This document shows positions 20,763 through 29,431 of a DNA stretch of 64,000 bases, piece after piece (position 1 is the stretch's first letter; every line of letters begins with the position of its first letter). Source of the stretch: Nitrosopumilaceae archaeon (lineage in GTDB: Archaea > Thermoproteota > Nitrososphaeria > Nitrososphaerales > Nitrosopumilaceae); contig CBDBCR010000003.1 in assembly GCA_965203465.1 (NCBI GenBank), positions 800,001-864,000 of the forward strand, read 5' to 3'. The notes under the pieces were generated by a model. That model did not search any database. It saw only the letters and a list, made by a program, of their open reading frames with translations, and had not been told where the DNA came from. Both the position numbers and the translations under genes were made by a program.

Positions 20763-20836
20763 CGGGTCTAGCGGGATTCGAACCCACGACACCCGGCTTA
20801 AAAGGCCGGCGCGCTACCTGGCTGCGCCATAGACCC
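20763..20836 (-). tRNA. tRNA-Lys(UUU)
   Basis: GGGTCTA/TAGACCC acceptor stem, CCGGC-CT-TTT-AA-GCCGG anticodon arm, GGTTCGAATC T-loop. Confidence 0.95.
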
Positions 20837-20918
20837 CGCGCCGCGCGGCGGCGCGCGCAATTTAGCCTTTGGCGGCCGCGCAAAGTTTTAAACACCGGCC
20901 CGGGCGCGCCCGTCCGCG

Positions 20919-20996
20919 GCCCTTGTAGTATAGCCCGGTCTAGAATTCGGCCCTGTCACGGCTGAGACGCGGGTTCAAATCCCGCCGAGGGCGCCA
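20919..20996 (+). tRNA. tRNA-Asp(GUC), CCA encoded
   Basis: GCCCTTG/CGAGGGC acceptor stem, CT-GTC-AC anticodon loop, GGTTCAAATC T-loop. Confidence 0.95.
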
Positions 20997-21016
20997 TCCA
21001 CAAAGCCGTATCCGTC

Positions 21017-21949
21017 TCACGCGCGGCGGTTCCACAGCTCCGTGGCCGTCTCTTCTATCATGTCGCCCCATACGAGGCGCTCCAGCCATTCGGGCGGGAT
21101 CCCGTCGATCCCGTAGTGCGCGCCGGCAAGCTGCCCGAATACCGCGCCGGTCGTGTCCGCGTCGTTGCCCAGGTTGACCGCCAGCAGGCAGCCCTCCCTG
21201 AAGCTGGACGACTTGTAAAAGGCCCAGAGGGCGGCCTCCAGCGATTCGACGACGTAGCCGGTACCGCGTATTTCGGGCGGCTCTTTGGACTTGAACGAGC
21301 CGACCGCCACCGAATCCACGGCGGCGGACAGGGGCTTCCTTTTTGCGTCCCGGCAGCCGTAGCGCTCCGAGAGCAGCGCCTCCTTCGGTTCCCCGCGCGC
21401 GGCGCCGGCTATCATGGCGCCAAGGTACCTGCACGCGGCCACGCAGGCCATGGCGCCGTGGGTGACAAGCGAGCTCTCCCCGCTCAGCTGGAACGCCTTT
21501 GCGGCGTCGCGCGCGAAGAACAGCGGCACCGGGGCCAGGCGCATTATCGAGCCGTTGCCGGCCAGGTGGTCGTCGGTGGAGCCGCAGTACACCTCGTCGG
21601 TCTCTTCGTGTATCTCAATCGACTCGCGCGTGGTGTTGCCGATGTCGAAGCATCTCCCGTTGTGGCTCATGTAGCCCTTCCTGTACCAGCGCACGTAGCG
21701 GTCCGCCTGGTCTTTGGCGTCGAATCCCTTGCGCGCTATCAGGCTCTCGGCCAGGCACAGCGCCATGGACGTATCGTCGGTCCACTCCCCGGCCTTCAGC
21801 CCGTGGGGCCCGCCGCCGCGCATGCCGGTGACGGGCTCGAATGTCCCGGGCTTTTTGAACTCGACGGCGGCCCCCAGCGCGTCGCCGACGGCCAGCCCGA
21901 CCAGGGATCCGGCGAACCTGTCCCGGCCGGTCACCACGGTGCTACCCAT
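21017..21949 (-). CDS. ADP-ribosylglycohydrolase (DraG/ARH family), copy 2
   Basis: [25 protein letters not shown] and NDADTT motifs. Confidence 0.93.
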   Translation of the reverse strand: MGSTVVTGRDRFAGSLVGLAVGDALGAAVEFKKPGTFEPVTGMRGGGPHGLKAGEWTDDTSMALCLAESLIARKGFDAKDQADRYVRWYRKGYMSHNGRCFDIGNTTRESIEIHEETDEVYCGSTDDHLAGNGSIMRLAPVPLFFARDAAKAFQLSGESSLVTHGAMACVAACRYLGAMIAGAARGEPKEALLSERYGCRDAKRKPLSAAVDSVAVGSFKSKEPPEIRGTGYVVESLEAALWAFYKSSSFREGCLLAVNLGNDADTTGAVFGQLAGAHYGIDGIPPEWLERLVWGDMIEETATELWNRRA

Positions 21950-22913
21950 CCGCCGGGCCCCCGGGCCTCGCGTCCCACAGCTCCCCGGCCGTCCTCTCTA
22001 TCATGCCGCCGCGGGCTATGCTGCCCCTCCACTCGGGCGGGATCCCGCCGATGCCGTAGTGCGCGCCTGCAAGCTGCCCGAATACCGCGCCGGTCGTGTC
22101 CGCGTCGTCCCCGAGGTTGACCGCCATCAGGCAGCCCTCCTTGAAGCTGGACGACTTGTAAAAGGCCCAGAGGGCGGCCTCCAGCGATTCGACGACGTAG
22201 CCGGTCCCCCGTATTTCGGGCGGCTCTTTGGACTTGAACGAGCCGGCCGCCACCGAGGCGATCTCGGCGCACAGCGGCCCGCCCCGCCCGTAGCTCCCCG
22301 AGAGAAGCTCGTCCTTTGGCTCCCCGCGCGCGGCGCCGGCGATCAGCGAGCCGAGGTACCTGCACGCGTCCACGCACGCGTCCGCGCCGTGCGTGGTGCG
22401 CGAGCTGTGCGCGCTCATCTCGGCGGCTTTTTGCGCGTCGGAGTAAAAGAACAGCGGGACAGGGGCCAGGCGCATTATCGAGCCGTTGCCCGCAGAGTGC
22501 TCGTCGGTCGGGCCCGAGTACTCCTCTCCGGTCTCTTCGTACTCTTCCAGCGCGCGGCGGGTGGTGTACCCCATGCCGAAGCAGCTGCCGGTGCTGGACA
22601 TGTGCCCCTCCCTGTACCAGCGCAGGTAGCGGTCCGCCTGGTCTTTGGCGTCGAATTGTTTGCGCGCTGTCAGGCTCTCGGCCAGGCACAGCGCCATGGA
22701 CGTATCGTCCGTCCAGTATCCGGCCGGCAGCCCGCGCGGCCCGCCGCCGCGCATGCCGGTGACGGGCTCGAACCCTTCGGCGAACTCGACCGGCTCGCCC
22801 AGCGCGTCGCCGACTGCCAGCCCGACCAAGGAACCCGCGAACCTGTCCCGCCCGGAGACCATGCGCGGGGCGCCGTGGGCGGGGTTTATCGATGTTGCGC
22901 AGGTGATCGCCAC
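21942..22913 (-). CDS. ADP-ribosylglycohydrolase (DraG/ARH family), copy 1
   Basis: Same motifs with DDADTT; the start may be ATG 22863. Confidence 0.93.
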   Translation of the reverse strand: MAITCATSINPAHGAPRMVSGRDRFAGSLVGLAVGDALGEPVEFAEGFEPVTGMRGGGPRGLPAGYWTDDTSMALCLAESLTARKQFDAKDQADRYLRWYREGHMSSTGSCFGMGYTTRRALEEYEETGEEYSGPTDEHSAGNGSIMRLAPVPLFFYSDAQKAAEMSAHSSRTTHGADACVDACRYLGSLIAGAARGEPKDELLSGSYGRGGPLCAEIASVAAGSFKSKEPPEIRGTGYVVESLEAALWAFYKSSSFKEGCLMAVNLGDDADTTGAVFGQLAGAHYGIGGIPPEWRGSIARGGMIERTAGELWDARPGGPADG

Positions 22914-23029
22914 GTTTTAACGGGGGCCCCGCGCCGCGCCGGGAGGCGCGCCGGGGTATACTGTGCCAAGAGCGCACTCGGAGCCGGCCTGTCCGGCGTG
23001 GGCCTCGCGCCCTTGCCGGCGCGCCGCCC

Positions 23030-24088
23030 TCATCCAGAGGCGTGATCCGACCTGAGCTTTTCGTACAGCTCGGGCAGTTTCTCGTACAGCCTCTTGTGCG
23101 GGCGCGCCGAGTTGCGGCTGATCACGTACAGCGCCAGTATGGGGAAGGCTATCGAGGCGTCCGCGTACACGGTGCAGTTGCCGCTGTGCGCGTCGCGTAT
23201 CTTGCCCCAGCTCTTGCCCTCCTGCAGGGTGGCCCCCGAGAGCCCGCCCGTGTCGGGCCGCGCGTCGGTTATCTGCACGATGTAGTCCTGCCCGCCGCCG
23301 CCGCGCCGCAGTATCTGGTCGAGCAGCGGGCCGGTCTGCTGCGCGGAGTTCTTGGGCACGCCGCCGCCTATCTCGACTATCCCGGACTTTTCGGACCCGT
23401 GCAATATGGCCCCCTGCTCGAGCACCTCGCGCACAAAGTCCAGCTTGTACACCCTGCCCTGCAGCCGGTATATGGCCAGGTTGAGCGCGAGCGAGGAATC
23501 CTTGAGGGTCGAGACGTACACGGGCACGCCGCGCTCGTAGGCGGCTGCCACAAAGCTGCGCTCGGGGTGCGGGGCGCTCTCCGAGGCGGTCTTGCCCATA
23601 AAGTTGCAGAACTCGGCCGTGGTGAACGGCCGCTCGCCGAAGCCGTCGCGCACGGCGCGCTGCACCACCTGGTCCTGGGCCTCGAGGGTCTCGTAGAACT
23701 TTATGTACACGTCGCGTATCCGGACTATCTCGTTTTCGTACAGCTTTGCGTCGTCGACGTCGTGGTGGCCCTGCCTGATGGGCAGCCCCCACGCAAAGTG
23801 GTCCTCGTGGTACACGTTGGCCCCCGTCGTTATCATCCAGTCGACGAACCCGCGCTCTATCAGGTCCCTGAATATGCCCCCGAAGCCCAGCGGCGTCATG
23901 GCCCCCGAGACGGTCAGGCAGACCGTCGCGTCCTCGCGTATCATGCGCTCGTAGAGCCGCGCCGCCTCGCCCAGCTTGCGCGCGTTGTAGCCGGTGTCGG
24001 CGAACATGTCCACGAGCCCGCCGATGTCCGTATTTTCGTCCAGCCGTATGTGCGGTATGTCTTTGCCCCCGAAGCCGTGCCTGTCCAC
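23030..24088 (-). CDS. Deoxyhypusine synthase / homospermidine synthase-like protein
   Basis: TTGANVYHE, GGGVPKN and GGLSGATLQEGKSWGK motifs. Confidence 0.9.
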   Translation of the reverse strand: MDRHGFGGKDIPHIRLDENTDIGGLVDMFADTGYNARKLGEAARLYERMIREDATVCLTVSGAMTPLGFGGIFRDLIERGFVDWMITTGANVYHEDHFAWGLPIRQGHHDVDDAKLYENEIVRIRDVYIKFYETLEAQDQVVQRAVRDGFGERPFTTAEFCNFMGKTASESAPHPERSFVAAAYERGVPVYVSTLKDSSLALNLAIYRLQGRVYKLDFVREVLEQGAILHGSEKSGIVEIGGGVPKNSAQQTGPLLDQILRRGGGGQDYIVQITDARPDTGGLSGATLQEGKSWGKIRDAHSGNCTVYADASIAFPILALYVISRNSARPHKRLYEKLPELYEKLRSDHASG

Positions 24089-24125
24089 TCGCGCGCCTCT
24101 TTGGCGCACCCACATAACGATTTTG

Positions 24126-25661
24126 CTACAGCAGGCGCCTGGCGCAGACCAGCGCGGCCGCGGGGGCCCCCGCGTACACGCCCGCGTTGGCCAGTATCAC
24201 CAGTATGCCGAGGCCGGCCACCTGGAACTCGGAGCCCGGCTCCGCCAGCTCCATCGCGCCGAGCGACCAGAGCGCCGGCGCCAGCAGGGCTCCGACTGCC
24301 GCGCGCAGCTCGGGGCTCTGCCGCTGCGCGTCGGCGACGGCCGGCGAGACCGTGTAGTAGGCGTGGTTGAACGCGGACATGAACGCCGAGCCCGAGGCCG
24401 TCGACATGACCGTGGAATCGCGTATCTCGCGCAGCGACTGCACCCGCCCGGCGAGTTCGGTGCCGTGCGCGGCGGTGGCTATCAGGCAGCCGCCGCCGTC
24501 GGCCTCGGCCGGCTGGGCCGTGGGCGCGGCCGGCGCCGGCTCTTGGCACTCTAGGTCGCGCGCGCCGTCGTAGTCGAATACCTGCCCGCCTTCGTAGGTC
24601 ACGCGGGCCAGGCCCTGCCTGCCTATCTCGGCGACGTCCTCCGGTATGGGCACGTAGAGCAGGCCGGGCGAGAACCGCTGGCCGTCGGTTATCATCCAGT
24701 GCACGAGGTGCACCGTGGCCCCGGCAAGGTCGGCCGAGCTGACGGCCCTGTCCAGCTGCTCGTAGAGCAGCAGGTAGGTAAAGCTGGTGATGGGGTACGA
24801 GCTGGGGCCCGGCGCGTTGACTATGCTCACCTGGCTCCAGTCGCAGTGCGACGGGGGCAGCTCGGCTGCCGCGCCCGCCGAGGCGGCCGAGAGCGTCTCG
24901 AGCGTGGGCTCTATAAAGGCGGTCCCGTCGGCGTTCTGTATGCTGGCGTAGGTGGCCTCGTTCTGGAACGCGTACGCAAGCTCGATGTACCCTATCGAGT
25001 ATTCCGTGTTGAGCACGTTGGCCGTCACGCCCTCGTTGCCCTTGCCTCCGAGGCCGCCGGGCCACGGGACGCTCTTGCCCTTGCCAACGGACTCTTCGAA
25101 CTCGGCGCTGACCGCGCTCAGATAGTCGGTGAAGACGAACGTGGTGCCGGAGCCGTCCGAGCGGTGGACGGTCACTATGGGCTCGCCGGGCAGGTCCATT
25201 CCCGGGTTGAGCGACGATATCCGGGGATCGTCCCAAGACTGCACCTTTTCCATGAATATGTCCGCTAGCACGCCGCCGGTCAGCTCCAGGCCGCTTGGCA
25301 CGCCCGGCAGGTTGTACGCCACCACGACGCCCCCGATGGTCTCGGGTATGTGTAGCGTGCCAGGCGCCTGCTCTGCCTCTGCGCCGAGCGGCTTGTCCGA
25401 GGCCGCGAAGTTGACCGTCTTTTCGATGTGCTGGCGTATGCCGCCGCCGCTCCCTATGGACTGGTAGTTTAGGTTGACGTTGTCGTACTCGTTCTTGTAC
25501 TCTACCCTCCACTTGTCTATGAGCGGGAACGGGAACGAGGCGCCGGCGCCGAGTATGTTGAAGGTCTGCGAGGGGTCCGGCTCGGCCGGGGCCGGCGCGG
25601 CGTGGGCCGCGGGCAGCGCCGCTATCAGCACCGCCCCGAGCGCGATCCACGCGTTCCTCAT
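24126..25661 (-). CDS. pstS: Phosphate-binding protein PstS with C-terminal CFI-box-CTERM anchor
   Basis: Signal peptide; GAGASFP, YQSIGSGGG and HRSDGSGTT motifs; tail GGGCLIATAAHGTELA plus a TM helix. Confidence 0.9.
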   Translation of the reverse strand: MRNAWIALGAVLIAALPAAHAAPAPAEPDPSQTFNILGAGASFPFPLIDKWRVEYKNEYDNVNLNYQSIGSGGGIRQHIEKTVNFAASDKPLGAEAEQAPGTLHIPETIGGVVVAYNLPGVPSGLELTGGVLADIFMEKVQSWDDPRISSLNPGMDLPGEPIVTVHRSDGSGTTFVFTDYLSAVSAEFEESVGKGKSVPWPGGLGGKGNEGVTANVLNTEYSIGYIELAYAFQNEATYASIQNADGTAFIEPTLETLSAASAGAAAELPPSHCDWSQVSIVNAPGPSSYPITSFTYLLLYEQLDRAVSSADLAGATVHLVHWMITDGQRFSPGLLYVPIPEDVAEIGRQGLARVTYEGGQVFDYDGARDLECQEPAPAAPTAQPAEADGGGCLIATAAHGTELAGRVQSLREIRDSTVMSTASGSAFMSAFNHAYYTVSPAVADAQRQSPELRAAVGALLAPALWSLGAMELAEPGSEFQVAGLGILVILANAGVYAGAPAAALVCARRLL

Positions 25662-25896
25662 GCCCCGCCCTGCCCGCGGGGCCGATATACGTCAGCCGAT
25701 CATAAATTACGTGCCCGGGCGGACTTTACGTGGGCTATATAGAATCCCCGCGGGCCGCGCCCGGAGGGAGGCAGGCGCATCGCGCCGGGCCAGGCGCGGG
25801 AAAAGTACACCGCTTTTCCCTCGAACGTACTAGACGAACCGGGAGTGCGCCACATCCTGCATTACGTTATTAAACTTGCATCGCGTGTCGAATGCA

Positions 25897-27891
25897 ATGC
25901 GTCTGAAAAAAGTCAGGGTGCAAAACTACCGCTCCATACTGGATTCAGGCGACGTGGAGATAGACGGCCAAATAACCAGCATAGTCGGCATGACCGGCAG
26001 CGGCAAGACGTCCTTTCTGAAGATGATCTCGGGGATCGACAGCGCGGTGACGTTTTCGGCGGGCGAGCTGCCCTTGAAATCCCAGACCAAGCAGGACTTT
26101 CTAGACAACAAGATCTCGGCGGAGCAGATAGACCAGCTGACCGCGGTGTTCGAAGTAGAAGAGTCGGATCGGGCCTCCATGCCCGACAAATACAGAGGGG
26201 TGGACGAGATCGAAGTAAGGAGGAATTTTGACGGCCGGATCACCCTGATTCCAAAAGGCAACGACATACCGAAAATCGACATCGAAGCGGAATCAAACGT
26301 CATAAAATCAAGGCTGGACGATATGCTGACCGCGTTCGAAGACGGTGTAAAGCGTAGCATAGACGGCTTGGCCCAACATCGCAACATGTTTACGGAGACA
26401 ATAGGTGAATTTGGCCGATCCGATTTCCGTAACGTCAAGGAAGTGGATCTGTCCACCAACGCGTTGAGAAACACGGTAAATTCGATTCCGAAAGACGGGC
26501 GTCTGCGCGACGAACTTGCCGCCGCAATCGGCAGCATAACCGCCGCAAGAAACAGCATACAGAACAAGAACAAAAACCACCCGTATCTGAAACTGTACGA
26601 GGTCATGCCCAAACCAGTATACAGGGACGCGGTGTTCAAGCTGGAGGATGAGATGCCCGTAGACGGGTTCATCGCGGATCCGAAAAAATCAGACACTTTC
26701 TACAGCATCGCGGTGGTGGCCGGCGTGACGCCGAGCGCCCTGCAAAAGATCAGAAACGCTAGGCGGGCCGAGATCGAAAGCTACTTGGACGCAAAATCGG
26801 CCCAGCTGAGCAGCCGTCTGAACGGGTTTTGGAAGCAGGAGGCCTACGAATTCGAACTGGGGATGGACAACGACAGGCTGACGTTCCTGGTCAGGGACAA
26901 GACCACCGGAACCAAGACGTCGGTGCTGTACAGGAGCGAGGGATTCAGGTGGTGGACCGCGTTCTTTCTCGAGGTGTCCACGATACTGGCGCAAAAACTG
27001 GGACGGAGCATCATACTGCTGGACAACCCGGCAACAGAGCTGCACGACGAGGGCAAGGCCGACGTTCTCCGGTTCATATCGAGCGCGGCAAGCTCCGATC
27101 AACTCCAGATAATATACTCGTCCCACGAGCGCGCGCTCGTGGATCCGTGGAGGACGGACAGGGTCAGGATCACGGAACTGACCGAAAACGGGACGAAGAT
27201 ACGAAAGGTGGGCAACAGTTCACGGCACGACCTGCTGCACGCCATACGCAAGAACATAGGATCGCCGGCGCGGTACTCTCTGTTCGGCGCTCCGGTCACC
27301 GTGTTCTTTGAGGGGATATCGGACATGAACATAGTCTCTGCCGTCAACGAGTACGCGGAAAGGCAGAACGGCTCTGGCGCGCGCCTGAACAAAGACTCTT
27401 TTTCAATCAACGCGATCAACGGCGTGGCCAAGGCGCCCGCCGCCCTGGACTTGTACTGCCAACTTGGTCTGCGGTTCGTCATAGTGGTGGACAGCGGAAC
27501 GGCCACCGAAGACGTAAAGAAGACGATCGACCCCGAACTGTGGAGGGCGCATTTCGTAGAAGTCAAGCAGATCATAAACAGGGACGGGGACACCGAAGAC
27601 ATGGTGCATCCGGGGCTGTACCACGCCGCGTTCAAGTCGGCCTACGCCAAGATCCTGGATCGCGTGCCCGAACTGGAAGAGATCCGATCGCAGGGCGCCG
27701 GCAAGAAACGCACGTCCCAGTACGACCGGTGGCTGGGGGGCCGCGGAAAGCTCGACAAGGCCATGGTGTCCAACCAGATGTTCAGCGTCCTGATGGGGCG
27801 CGACGCGGCGAATCTGGAGCCGGAGTGGCTGTCGCATACAACAAAGAACTTCGAGGCCCTCTTCAAAGCAATCCAGTCAAAGATCGAGTGA
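25897..27891 (+). CDS. OLD-like ABC-ATPase + TOPRIM protein
   Basis: MRLKKVRVQNYRSI, GMTGSGKTS, RSEGFRWW, LLDNPATELH, YSSH, TOPRIM FFEGISD and DTEDM. Confidence 0.8.
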   Translation: MRLKKVRVQNYRSILDSGDVEIDGQITSIVGMTGSGKTSFLKMISGIDSAVTFSAGELPLKSQTKQDFLDNKISAEQIDQLTAVFEVEESDRASMPDKYRGVDEIEVRRNFDGRITLIPKGNDIPKIDIEAESNVIKSRLDDMLTAFEDGVKRSIDGLAQHRNMFTETIGEFGRSDFRNVKEVDLSTNALRNTVNSIPKDGRLRDELAAAIGSITAARNSIQNKNKNHPYLKLYEVMPKPVYRDAVFKLEDEMPVDGFIADPKKSDTFYSIAVVAGVTPSALQKIRNARRAEIESYLDAKSAQLSSRLNGFWKQEAYEFELGMDNDRLTFLVRDKTTGTKTSVLYRSEGFRWWTAFFLEVSTILAQKLGRSIILLDNPATELHDEGKADVLRFISSAASSDQLQIIYSSHERALVDPWRTDRVRITELTENGTKIRKVGNSSRHDLLHAIRKNIGSPARYSLFGAPVTVFFEGISDMNIVSAVNEYAERQNGSGARLNKDSFSINAINGVAKAPAALDLYCQLGLRFVIVVDSGTATEDVKKTIDPELWRAHFVEVKQIINRDGDTEDMVHPGLYHAAFKSAYAKILDRVPELEEIRSQGAGKKRTSQYDRWLGGRGKLDKAMVSNQMFSVLMGRDAANLEPEWLSHTTKNFEALFKAIQSKIE

Positions 27892-27905
27892 CGCTACGGC
27901 TCAGC

Positions 27906-29048
27906 TCAGGCCCCCAGCTTTTTCAGTTCCGCGACCGCGCCGCATATGATGCCCGCCGCCTCGCGTATGTCCTCGAACGTGTTGAACCTGCCCATGCCTA
28001 TCCTGATAGACGAGTGGGCCTCCTCGCCGAGCCCCATGGCCAGCAGCACGTGCGACGGCTCGACGGTGTCGGCGGCGCACGCGGAGCCGGCCGATATGGC
28101 TACGCGGTCCGAGACGGCGGCTATGACGGCCTTGCTCTCGGTTCCCGGAAATCGTACGCTGACGTTGCCCGCAAGCCGCCTCTCGGGGTGGCCGTTGAGC
28201 ACGCCGCCCGCTTTCGAAAACTCGCCCATCATGTAGCGGGCCCACTCGCGGAACCGCCCGTTTTCTTCTTCCATCTCGTCGGCCGCGATGCGCGCGGCCC
28301 TGCCGAACCCGACGATGGCCGGCACGTTGGACGTGCCAGACCTGATCCCGCGCTCCTGTCCGCCCCCGCGGATCTGCGGCTCTAGCCGCACGCGCGGGGA
28401 CACGCCCCTCACGTACAGCGCGCCGACGCCCTTTGGGCCGTGCATCTTGTGAGACGACAGCGACATGAGGTCTATGCCCATGCCCTCCACGTCCAGCTTT
28501 ACGTGGCCGCCCGCCTGCGCGGCGTCGGTGTGGAACAGCGCCCCCTTTGCGCGCGCGATCCCCGAGACCCTCGCCAAGTCCGTGACGGTGCCGACCTCGT
28601 TGTTGGCCGCCATGACCGAGACCAGCGCGGTGTCTTCGGTCACCGCCTCCTCGAGCAGGCCCGCGTCCACCTGCCCGTGCTCGTCGGCGGGCACGTACGT
28701 GACCCTTTTTCCCTCCCCCTCGAGGGCCCGGGCCGTCTCGAGGACCGCCTCGTGCTCGGCGGAGCACGTGACCAGGTGGTCGCCCCTGTCGGCGTGCCGC
28801 CGCATCGCCCCCCGGATGGCCAGGTTGTCCGATTCGGTGGCCCCGCTGGTGAACACGATCTCGCGCGGCCGGGCCCCGACCAGCGAGGCCACCGCCGCCC
28901 TCGCCTCCTCCACCGCCGAGGCGGCCTCGGCGCCGTAGGCGTGGTCCGAGCTGGACGCGTTGCCGAACTTGTCGGTCATGTACGGCATCATCGAATCGAG
29001 CGCCCGCGGATCCAGCGGGGCCGTCGCGTTGTGGTCCAGGTATATCAG
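27906..29048 (-). CDS. dndA: Cysteine desulfurase DndA/IscS
   Basis: IYLDHNATAP N-terminus follows CTG 29048. FTSGATESDN, SSHKMHGPKG (PLP Lys) and SAGSAC (catalytic Cys). Coupled to dndE. Confidence 0.9.
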   Translation of the reverse strand: MIYLDHNATAPLDPRALDSMMPYMTDKFGNASSSDHAYGAEAASAVEEARAAVASLVGARPREIVFTSGATESDNLAIRGAMRRHADRGDHLVTCSAEHEAVLETARALEGEGKRVTYVPADEHGQVDAGLLEEAVTEDTALVSVMAANNEVGTVTDLARVSGIARAKGALFHTDAAQAGGHVKLDVEGMGIDLMSLSSHKMHGPKGVGALYVRGVSPRVRLEPQIRGGGQERGIRSGTSNVPAIVGFGRAARIAADEMEEENGRFREWARYMMGEFSKAGGVLNGHPERRLAGNVSVRFPGTESKAVIAAVSDRVAISAGSACAADTVEPSHVLLAMGLGEEAHSSIRIGMGRFNTFEDIREAAGIICGAVAELKKLGA

Positions 29049-29431
29049 CGCGAGCGCTCCTCCGTGACGGCCCTGTCGATGTCGGCGATGTCTCGCACCC
29101 GGGCGAACAGCGATATCACGCCGCGGTTAAAGTGGGCCCTTGCCGCCCTGTCCAGGTACGCTCGCGGATCCATCCCCTCGCGCTCCAGCCTCTCGGATAA
29201 AAGTTCCCTGTAGATCTCTTCGTACGCGCCGAACAGCACGGAAGGTATGATCTCGGATCCCTTCTCGTCGTACTCGTCGGGGTTGGGCGGGGACGGATCG
29301 TTCAGGGACATGCAGATGGCCAGCCTGCCGGCTACGTTGGGCGCCAGGCCCGTCCTCGACTTTATCTGCGCGAGCAGGTTCTGCGAGCGGTAGCTCATGC
29401 GCAGCCGGCCCAGCCGGAGCGGCTCAGCCAC
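29045..29431 (-). CDS. dndE: DNA phosphorothioation protein DndE
   Basis: RMSYRSQNLLAQIKSRTGLAPNVAGRLAICMSL and AHFNRGV resemble DndE; position after dndD. Confidence 0.85.
   Translation of the reverse strand: MAEPLRLGRLRMSYRSQNLLAQIKSRTGLAPNVAGRLAICMSLNDPSPPNPDEYDEKGSEIIPSVLFGAYEEIYRELLSERLEREGMDPRAYLDRAARAHFNRGVISLFARVRDIADIDRAVTEERSR

Noticed and set aside
17140-23030. Integrated element with att sites at tRNA-Lys or tRNA-Asp
   Set aside because: Accessory genes flank both tRNAs, but I found no convincing duplicated tRNA 3' end and no integrase.
25897-27891. Gabija system
   Set aside because: No adjacent UvrD-like GajB helicase.
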